Positions 56,054 to 64,000 of a DNA stretch of 64,000 bases are shown piece after piece. This DNA comes from a virus, in IMG/VR virus record IMGVR_UViG_3300047409_000574, positions 32,001-96,000 of that record; one strand, given 5' to 3'. Made by a program: the position numbers and the translations under genes. The number at the start of each line of letters is the position of its first letter. Within the stretch, counting starts at the first letter, position 1. Under the pieces are notes generated by a model. That model had not been told where the DNA came from, searched no databases, and saw only the letters and a list, made by a program, of their open reading frames with translations.

Positions 56054-56826
56054 GCGTTCAGACCAGAACGGACGCGAAGCGCGGATGTGGATTTCGCGTC
56101 AAAGGCGGCCTCTACATGGTCTCGGGGCAACTCTCGGAGCCGTGCCCGCTGCTCCCGGTCGAGACGAAGGTGTGTCCGACCTGCGGCGAGGGGATTCGTC
56201 CCGCGCGCGGGTTCACCTGGGTGGACGCGGCGAGCTTCATCCCGCCGGTCACGCACGGCACGGCGGAGCACGACGCGGTCTGTCCGCTCTCGCCTGATCC
56301 GACACCGCGCGCGATCGTGAAGCTCGACCATGTCGAGCCGATCCGTTTCCAGGTGGTCGGGGTGCCGGGAACCTTCGCGACTGCGGACGAGGCGGCCCAT
56401 GCGGCGGTCACCACTCCGCGTTCGCGGATGGGTGACCGGGTCGGCCTGATCTGGATTGGGGCGGTGCACTATCCGACCCCGCAGTCGTTCATGCGGGAGG
56501 CGGCGGAGATGGGTGTGTCGCGTCGGATCACGGCGGTGCCCCGCGACTTCGTGATCGGCGAGACCTGGATTCTGCTCGGGCATCGCCGGGCCGCGGAGCA
56601 CGCATGCTCGGACTGCGGCGATCTGCCGAAGGGCGACCCGGAGTGTCCGGTCTGCGACGGCTCCGGCTACGAGAGTGTGCCGGGGATCATCACGGCGTTC
56701 CGGCCGACGGCCGTGGAATATGTAACGACCGGCCTTGAATCAGAGGAGGAGATTGAAGCCCTCGAAAAGCGCGGCATTACTCCGGTCGAAGTGATCCTCG
56801 ACGAGACGCAGACCAGGCTTGTCTGA
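56050..56826 (+). CDS. Conserved-looking phage hypothetical protein
   Basis: RGCGFR.KGGLY, WIGAVHYPTP.SF..EA..MGVSRRI. Confidence 0.65.
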   Translation: MSVQTRTDAKRGCGFRVKGGLYMVSGQLSEPCPLLPVETKVCPTCGEGIRPARGFTWVDAASFIPPVTHGTAEHDAVCPLSPDPTPRAIVKLDHVEPIRFQVVGVPGTFATADEAAHAAVTTPRSRMGDRVGLIWIGAVHYPTPQSFMREAAEMGVSRRITAVPRDFVIGETWILLGHRRAAEHACSDCGDLPKGDPECPVCDGSGYESVPGIITAFRPTAVEYVTTGLESEEEIEALEKRGITPVEVILDETQTRLV

Positions 56827-57566
56827 TGTTCGACAAGAAGGCGTACATGCGTGATTGGCGGGAGAAGAACAAGGAGCGCATCCGCGCCACACAGACGGCC
56901 TGGCGCAAGAATAACCCCGAGCGCGTGGCCGAGTATAGGCGTCGCGATCTGGAGCGAAACGCGGAGACCTATCGCCGCTATCGCGAGGAGCACGCGGAAG
57001 AACTGCGCGTACGTGCGCAGGCGAGATATGCGGCGAACGCCGATCGTCTACGCGCCGAGCGTCGCGCGTACTATCGTGAGCACAAGGACGCGAACCGGAT
57101 TGCGCACGCGCTGTACGTCGCGGAGAATCGCGAGTGCGTGCAGGCGTACATGCGGGCTTGGCGTGTGACCGAGATCGGCCTCTTGTCGATCAGGAAGTCG
57201 CACTCTCGTCGCTCCGCGCGTGTCAACGGAGCCGCTGGTAGCTGGACTGTGGAGCAGTTCTACGCGCGCTGTGAGTTCTACGGTTGGCGCTGCTATCTCT
57301 GCGGCGATCCGCTTACTCTTAGCTCGTTGGTTGTTGAGCATCGGATTCCGCTCTCACGCGGCGGAAGCAACTGGCCCGCGAATCTCGCACCATCGTGTCG
57401 GTCGTGCAACTCGCGCAAAGGGACGCTGACTGAGTTTGAATATCGCCTGCGACTGGTTGGCGTGGAGGTGACGCCGGGCGGTGGAACTGTTGAAGCGATC
57501 GACGTTCAGATCGCTCGGCTATGCAAGTTGCAAGACACGGCGATTCTTCTCGAAAGTCTGCGGTGA
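56826..57566 (+). CDS. HNH endonuclease
   Basis: Charged helical N-terminus; CYLCG..VEHRIPLSRGGSNWPANLAPSCRSCNSRKG. Confidence 0.9.
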   Translation: MFDKKAYMRDWREKNKERIRATQTAWRKNNPERVAEYRRRDLERNAETYRRYREEHAEELRVRAQARYAANADRLRAERRAYYREHKDANRIAHALYVAENRECVQAYMRAWRVTEIGLLSIRKSHSRRSARVNGAAGSWTVEQFYARCEFYGWRCYLCGDPLTLSSLVVEHRIPLSRGGSNWPANLAPSCRSCNSRKGTLTEFEYRLRLVGVEVTPGGGTVEAIDVQIARLCKLQDTAILLESLR

Positions 57567-59146
57567 GGAATGGTCACTTGACGATCGGAGAGCAGGATTG
57601 GGAGCCGACGGAGGAGCGGCCGACCCGGCTGGTCGAGGTTGGCGATGGAGCGGCCCGGCGTTTCTACGTGGTGAGCGAGATCAGCGGGGAGGTTGCCAAC
57701 GGGGCCGCCCAGATGATTGCCTTTCAGGCGGATGAGGAGTTGTGCCGGTTGAAGTGCAGGGAGGCCCGCCGGTCGATCGAGGAGGCGCTGTATGCGCGGG
57801 TGGTCGAGTGGAGAACCGAGACCGGGAGGGCCAAGGAGTGAGCTACTTGACGGCGCATAGGTACGGACTGACGCACGTGGAGCCGACCGACGAGGAACGG
57901 CAGAGCGGGTGGCGACAGGTCTGGGAGCATCCGTCAGGACTGAGAGCGATGCGGCATCCGTCCACGGGTCGCTGGCATGTCTCGGACGGCTGGGCAATCG
58001 AGGACGGCTTCTGTAGCAGCCTGCGCGCGGCTGCGGCGAAGATCGAGCGCATGGTGGCGGCGCGGGACGCGGACGTTCATGCCTGACTACGCGCTGGTGG
58101 GTGATGAGTCCACGGGGAAGTGGACGGCGCATACGGCGACGTGTGAGGTTGCCCGGCAGGCAGCCGACGACGGGGTGCCGGTGATGACGCTGCTTGGTGC
58201 GAAGCCGTTGCCGCCCTACTTTCGGCTTGAGCGACACGAGTGCCTCAATGGCCGCTGAATACACGGTGGAGGAGGCGAACGTGCAGGCGGTCAAGGCCGC
58301 CCGCTACTTCGGGACGGTGCTGGCGCGCCACTCGCGGACGGTGATCGCGGTCGAGATCGACGGGGTGACGATCGTGGTTGCGCGTGAGCCGGATGGTGGG
58401 AAGCTCGCGGCGGCGGTCGAGGGCGCGGCGGGGATTTTCGGGCCGGACTACAAGGTCAACCGGCTGACGCGCACGCAGGCGGAGACTGTGGTGCCGCCGG
58501 AGCCGAATCGCGGCGTCACAATGTCGGCTGCGCCGGACGAGCCTGTCGATGCAGGAGCCGGACGCGACGAGAACCTTGTTGCGCCTGCTGCGCCGGGCGA
58601 GCCTGTGCAGGTGGTGGTGTTGGTGCCGATGTATCACGTGCCGCCGCCGGAGCACAATCAGAAGCCGGGGCATGTGCACCTGCACGTGCTCAACGATGCG
58701 AAGCTGGGCAGACGGTTCCGCAAGTCCGGTGAGTCCATCTGCTGGAAGAAGAAGGGCAGCAACCAGCGGTTGCCGGACGGCGAGACGACGATGTGCAAGG
58801 AGTGCGTGCGCGTCGCGGCCCAGAACAACCTGGAGTGGAAACTATGAGCGGGGAGGAACGCGTGGACAACGAGACGAAGCTGAACCTGCTGGCGAAGGAG
58901 ATGGGCGACCGGTTCAACGAGGTGCTCCGTGAGCACGACGAGGAGGTGCACGAGGGGGAGCGCTGCGAGGACGAGCGGCTGAACATCCTCGCCTATCTGA
59001 TCCACCGGATGGGCGCGCCGGGCGACGACCACTCGTGGATTCGCTTCTTCGGGCTGCTCAAGCTGCGGGTGGAGGACTACTCGGTGATGCACGTCGAGAA
59101 CCACCGGCATGAGCACGACCACAACGGGGACGGGCCGCATGGCTAA
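57563..59146 (+). CDS. Five small hypothetical genes
   Basis: 57563-57841, 57838-58086, 58079-58258, 58248-58847, 58844-59146. Confidence 0.5.
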
Positions 59147-60548
59147 CGACGACGCGAAGGACAACTACGACCGGGAGATGCAGCAGGTCGAGCATCTGCT
59201 GTCGAGCGCGATGACGTGGCTGGCGATCTGGTGTCCGCACGGGATGGACTCGGCAAGGGTCAGCGACTACTACGAGGCGGCGGCGTTGCGCGCACGGATC
59301 GAGCGGGCACGGGAGGCGCTGGCAGGCAAGGCGGGCGACGCGACCGAGGTGGCGCTCGGGAAGCTCCAGACGATGTTGCAGGAGGTGCCGAGAATTGACG
59401 CGGCGACGATCGCTGAGAACGCCATCGGCCTGTTCCTGGAGGATATGGAGCGAGGCCACTGGGTGGTGAGGGAGCCGCCGTACGACATTCTTCGCCTGGG
59501 GCAGCTACCGGGTGCGCTTGTGCGGGCGGCGCGCGCGTCGGCGGTCGCGGAGATCGTGCAGGGTGTCGAAGCCGATACGCCTGACGCACCGGGCCTGGTC
59601 GAGTTCGTGCGGTCGAACGCGGAGCAGGGCGGCTCGCTCACTCCCGAGGATGTTGAGGCGGCCACGTCGGGTGCTGAGTGTCGTCGGCTGCGCGGCCCGT
59701 TCCAAATCGGCCCGACGTGTACGTGTGCGCCGGAGACGTGCGCGCTCGATGTGCCGGAGCATCTGGAGCCGACACCGGAGAACACGGGGGTGCGGTCGCT
59801 GCGTGAGCAGGCCCATTCGATGGGCGAGGCGCTGGCGGCGCTCTGGCATGCGGGGGCGCGCACCGGGTCGCTCCCGAGCGCGAAGCTCCACGAATACATG
59901 GGGCTGACCTGGGAGGAGTATCAGGGATTCGTGCAACTCTCGGGGCCGTGGTCGGACAAGCCCGTGCCGGGCGGTGCGGGAAGCTGGCGGACTGGGCGTA
60001 AGGTCGGGAGGACTATTTACCGGCAGGTTGGCATGCAGCCGACCGACGACGATCCGCTGATCGGTGTGATGGACACCCGCGAGCTTGCCCAGCACGCGGT
60101 GGATAGTCGGAACGAGCATCAGCGTGACCTTGACTTCTTCGCTGACAACGCGGATGACTACTTCCGCATGTTGAACGAGTTGCGGGCGGCGGCGACCGAG
60201 TACCGGCGGATGGTCGAGTCGCGCCCGGCGGCGAACGAGGCCGAGCACGAGGAGCGGGAGGCGTCGATGGAGGAGGCGACCGCGGCGCTCGACAAGGCGC
60301 TGACGTGGAAGCCGACCGCCGACGACATGGGGCTGCTGGGGATCGCGCATGCGGGGCTGCTGCGCGCGCTCGACTTTCGGGCTGCGACGCCGGAGGCGCT
60401 GGCGATCAAGCTCGACGTGCGGGTGGCGCTGCGCCGGTCGGGGTTCACCGGGCCGATGGGCGAGCAGGGTGACGGGGCCGGTCGTTCGGGGATGGTCGAG
60501 GACAGCCACCGTCCGGCTGGGCCGATGATGTGGAGAGACGGAACGTGA
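59139..60548 (+). CDS. Mosaic hypothetical protein
   Basis: Contains WRTGRKVGRTIY..LIGVMDT.ELA motif; appears multi-modular. Confidence 0.55.
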   Translation: MANDDAKDNYDREMQQVEHLLSSAMTWLAIWCPHGMDSARVSDYYEAAALRARIERAREALAGKAGDATEVALGKLQTMLQEVPRIDAATIAENAIGLFLEDMERGHWVVREPPYDILRLGQLPGALVRAARASAVAEIVQGVEADTPDAPGLVEFVRSNAEQGGSLTPEDVEAATSGAECRRLRGPFQIGPTCTCAPETCALDVPEHLEPTPENTGVRSLREQAHSMGEALAALWHAGARTGSLPSAKLHEYMGLTWEEYQGFVQLSGPWSDKPVPGGAGSWRTGRKVGRTIYRQVGMQPTDDDPLIGVMDTRELAQHAVDSRNEHQRDLDFFADNADDYFRMLNELRAAATEYRRMVESRPAANEAEHEEREASMEEATAALDKALTWKPTADDMGLLGIAHAGLLRALDFRAATPEALAIKLDVRVALRRSGFTGPMGEQGDGAGRSGMVEDSHRPAGPMMWRDGT

Positions 60549-61087
60549 CCGGTCGGGCGTGGACGATTCACGTTCACGAGGACGACCCGCAATACCTCTC
60601 GATCAACAACGGCGGCAACGACACGCTGCTCAGAACGAGCGGCGGCTCGGGAGACAACGAGCGGGCCGCTCAGTTCGCTGCGTGGGTTGCTGCGCTGGCC
60701 GGGGCGGGCGCACCCGGACGGCAGGACGACACTTGCGACGAGTGCGCGGCGGTAAACGTCGGGCCGTGCCCGCACGCGAAGAAGGCCGAGGCTGGGTGTG
60801 TGCGTCTGCGCGAGCGGCTCGGTGATCTGGAAGCAGCCGACGAAACGGCTGCGATGAACGCCGCCAATCTTGTGAAGGCCGATAGCGAACTTGCTCGTTT
60901 GCGCGAGCGGCTGGCGCTGGCGACGGAAGCGCTCGAACAGGCAGACAAGCAGACCTCCGCGCTCCACGACACGCTCTATGCGCAGGTGTCAGACCCGGCG
61001 GTACGCGACGCGCTCAACGGCGAAGTCTGGACACTCCACGGCATCGCCCGTGGCGCGCTGGCACGGCTGGGGCAGGAGACAACGTGA
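60545..61087 (+). CDS. Hypothetical protein, paralogous in blocks to 61622-62270
   Basis: Shared AGAGAPGRQD, CVRLRERL, ATEALEQ, HGIAR..LAR blocks. Confidence 0.6.
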   Translation: MTGRAWTIHVHEDDPQYLSINNGGNDTLLRTSGGSGDNERAAQFAAWVAALAGAGAPGRQDDTCDECAAVNVGPCPHAKKAEAGCVRLRERLGDLEAADETAAMNAANLVKADSELARLRERLALATEALEQADKQTSALHDTLYAQVSDPAVRDALNGEVWTLHGIARGALARLGQETT

Positions 61088-61625
61088 CCTGCGTCACCGT
61101 TCGCAAATCAACCCCGGCCTGCTGCCGCCGCTCGCTGTTCGATTTCGCGAAGCAGGATCGCTACGACGGCGGGGGCGAACCGGGCGACCGTATCCGCTGC
61201 TCCGAGTGCGGAAACTGGCTGGTCTACAAACCGCCCGGCTGGGAAGTGGACGAGGCCCTCCCGCATGTGGTGATCGCGTCGTGACCGCCCGGGACGCGGG
61301 AGCAGGCCGCACGGTGAAGGTTCTCGTGGCCGAGCGTGAAGTCCTTGACGCACTCGCGAGTGGGCCGAAGTCATCGCGCGAGATCAGTGAGATCACCGTC
61401 CACGCGGCCCGTAAAGCGTGGGCCGACGAGAACGGCGTCGACTACGACCCCAACAACCCGGCACCGTTCGTGAAGCTGCTCGGATGGCACACGGCGAGCG
61501 AGCGCGGACTCTCGCCGATGCACGCATGGGAGGTCTATGCGGTCGCTCGGCGGTTGGAGAAGCGCGGCGAGATTGTCCGTGTGCAGATCGACGGGCGTCG
61601 CCCGATGCTCTGGAGGCTGGCGTGA
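61084..61625 (+). CDS. Two small genes (61084-61284 Zn-ribbon; 61281-61625 winged helix)
   Basis: CSECG; EVLDALASGPKS..RRLEKRGEIVR..LWRL. Confidence 0.55.
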
Positions 61626-62782
61626 CCGCCCGGGACGCCGACAAGACAGCGCAGGAGGCGTTGGCGGCGCTCGCGGAGTGCCCGCCCGGTGGCCCGTGGT
61701 GGTACGACGGCCGCGACATCTTCCACAACCCCGAAGGCTTCGCGGGCAGACAGCATCTCGTCGTCCCGCTCCCCGAGACGTGGCATGAGTCGCAGCGCGT
61801 CCCTGACGCTGTTGCGCGTCTGATCGTCGCAGCCGTCAATCACTTCATTGCGCTGGCCGCCGGGGCGGGCGCACCCGGACGGCAGGATGGCGAGCGGGAC
61901 GAGCTAGACAAGTTGCTGGATGCCTACCACGCACTCCTTCACACACCGGAGGCAGAGGGCTATCAGGCGTGGTCGCTCGCGGAGAGGGCGCTAAACCTAT
62001 GCGTGCGTCTGCGCGAGCGGCTGGCCCTGCACGAACGCGACCACGGCATCGGCAAGTGCGTCCCGTCAGACGTGTTCAACGCGAAGGTCAACGAGTGGAT
62101 CGCGCTCAAGGACGATGAGCAGAAGGGACGGCGAACAGCCGAGTCCAAGCTGGCCGTGGCGACGGAAGCGCTCGAACAGATCAAATCCCTCGAACGGAAG
62201 CACGGCCTAGAGGCAGCACACGGGATCGCCCGTGACACGCTGGCACGGGCTGCGGGAGACGGGCGAATGAGTGATCCTGCTGAACTGATCGCTGCGGCCA
62301 TCGAGCGGCTCCGACCGGCGATCGAGGCGCGGCTGCACGCCTACTGCGACGAGCACGACTGGGAGAAGCTCCGTGAGTGGGAGATGGCCGGGATCGCTAC
62401 CGAGGAAGCAGCCGTCGAGCTTGTCCAACTGGCCCGTGCGCTTGTGGCCGTGTCGGCGGACGACTGTGAGCACGAGTGGGTGGACATGCGCAACGAAGTC
62501 GTCGAGTCCGGTGAGTGGTGCCGCAAGTGCAACACGATTCGCGCCGGTTTGATTGAGGGCGGGGGAAAAGGAGGTGGCCCATCTTCCTCCGAAGAAGAAG
62601 TGTCGTCTACTCAAACCGCCGCCCTCAATGAGACCGCCGCCAGCATGGGCTGCGGGTGCCGTCCGGGAAGCCACGACGACACGCTCGGCGAGATCGTCAA
62701 GCACCATCCCGGCTACAACCCGTGGACGATCCGCCAGCGTATGCTCGCCGCCAAACCAGATGCGGAAAAGGGGCCGAACTGA
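61622..62782 (+). CDS. Hypothetical protein, probably two genes fused by a 1-nt insertion near 62247
   Basis: PGGPWW..ARLIVAAVN motif; internal in-frame ATGA at 62267. Confidence 0.5.
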   Translation: MTARDADKTAQEALAALAECPPGGPWWYDGRDIFHNPEGFAGRQHLVVPLPETWHESQRVPDAVARLIVAAVNHFIALAAGAGAPGRQDGERDELDKLLDAYHALLHTPEAEGYQAWSLAERALNLCVRLRERLALHERDHGIGKCVPSDVFNAKVNEWIALKDDEQKGRRTAESKLAVATEALEQIKSLERKHGLEAAHGIARDTLARAAGDGRMSDPAELIAAAIERLRPAIEARLHAYCDEHDWEKLREWEMAGIATEEAAVELVQLARALVAVSADDCEHEWVDMRNEVVESGEWCRKCNTIRAGLIEGGGKGGGPSSSEEEVSSTQTAALNETAASMGCGCRPGSHDDTLGEIVKHHPGYNPWTIRQRMLAAKPDAEKGPN

Positions 62783-63937
62783 TGAGCGTGCCGGTAGATG
62801 AGGTTCGTGAGGCGCGACGGGAGGCGTGGCGGAAGTTCTATGCGTCCGACTGGCTGGTGCCCGACCCCGAGTTCTACGGCCGCCGGGCCGGGCTGATCCT
62901 CCAGACCGAGGACGGCCTGGTGCTTGACGGGCCGCCGGAGTGGCCGGACGGGTTCACACCCGGCTACTACGACACGTTCGAGACCGGCGCGCTGCTGACC
63001 GGTACGGCGACGCTGCGCCCGCTGCGCCGGTGGGACTGGTGGCGGCTGACTACGCTGGTCTGCGTGCTGTTCATCCTGGCGTACACGGTTTACTTCGCCT
63101 GGGTGGTGTTCACGTCGTGACCCTCGTGCTGTTCGTCTGGGCGATCTGGACGGCGGCGATCGGCGTGGCCGCGGTTGCTTACCGGGCGCGGGCGCTCAAG
63201 GCGGAGAGGCTGCTCGACGTGGCCGACGAGGCGATGGTTGAGATGCGGGAGGAGATCGCGACCGCGAAGCTGGTGCTCGCGGCGGAGCGTAGGAAGCTGC
63301 GCCGGTGAGCGGGCGCGCCGAGTTCAAGCTTGCGCTGCGCGAGGCCGAGAACACGCTGCCTCATTCGGTGTGGCTGCGTGCGATAGCTCTCGGGCTGGAC
63401 GTGCTGATCGACACGCTGGTGCCTGCCTGCGATTGTCCGCCGGGGGCGAAGTTCCATGCGAACAACTGCCCGGAGTTCCCCGGCATCGAGCGCCGCCAGG
63501 AGAAGTTTCGGTGATCCAGTTCCCGCCGACTCGTGAGCGGAAGGTGACTGCTGCCTGCGGCTGCGTGCTGTTCGAGGTGGTCGAGTGGGGCGTCAGCCAT
63601 GCGGGTGATCTGGTGAGTGGTCTCGCGCGCGGGGTGCGCCCGTGTCAAGCTGACGGGCATATGGAGGCGATGCGGGAGGCGGCGGCCGACGGCGGCCCGA
63701 TGGACGAGATCGTGGAGCGGTTCGAGCGGGCGACCGCCTGAGTTGGGGTGTGCTTCGTTGATCGTGGGGATCATCGCGTCGGTCTGGTCGCTTCGGGAGT
63801 TCGCGAACGAAGGGGCGACCCGGAAGGCGGTGGCGTTGGCGGTGTTCGGGCTGGTGGCGTTCGCGTTGTCGCTGGCGGCGCTGTATGTCGATCGCAGGTG
63901 GCCGGAGGAGGAAGATGATGACGACGGACGAGAGTGA
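62782..63937 (+). CDS. Run of small hypothetical genes, several with TM helices
   Basis: 62782-63120, 63117-63308, 63305-63514, 63511-63741, ~63760-63937. Confidence 0.45.
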
Positions 63938-64000
63938 TCTGCTTGGCGAACTGATCGAACGGCTGGGCGAGGTCGGCGTGAAGATCACGCGTGGGCACTT

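Noticed and set aside
1-64000. tRNA, rRNA, CRISPR array, integrase/att sites
   Set aside because: No cloverleaf with T-loop consensus, no regularly spaced repeats and no recombinase motif found by eye; tRNAscan-SE/Aragorn would be needed to exclude tRNAs fully

Overview
This is a 64 kb slice of a large, GC-rich tailed dsDNA phage (or prophage) genome, almost entirely coded on the + strand. The SSB, Ku and GroES styles suggest an Actinomycetota host, which is an inference. In order, it carries: a replication/recombination block (initiator, DnaC-like loader, RusA, SSB, HerA-like ATPase, Ku); an Acb2-like anti-CBASS sponge; small and large (GpA-type) terminases; a portal; and a 5277-aa MuF-anchored polyvalent protein. 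After that come four more large effector-like proteins, two GroES homologues, RNase HI, a Toprim protein, HNH/LAGLIDADG endonucleases and many small hypothetical genes. No capsid, protease, tail, tRNA, rRNA or CRISPR genes were recognised. The most striking signals are: (1) about 15 copies of a G-[ED]-K-G-[DG] linker separating the enzymatic modules of the giant protein, also present in three of the four other effector proteins; (2) a shared [LIF]-x-E + HPRGRGGxW-type tag in all five effector proteins, which together with the linker suggests a virion-loaded, proteolytically released effector polyprotein system; (3) a MuF intein whose candidate endonuclease is encoded entirely on the opposite strand; (4) a class-3 intein inside an ADP-ribosyltransferase-like domain; (5) a repeated promoter/operator/hairpin element. 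All domain calls are by eye from motifs, and no database searches were run.
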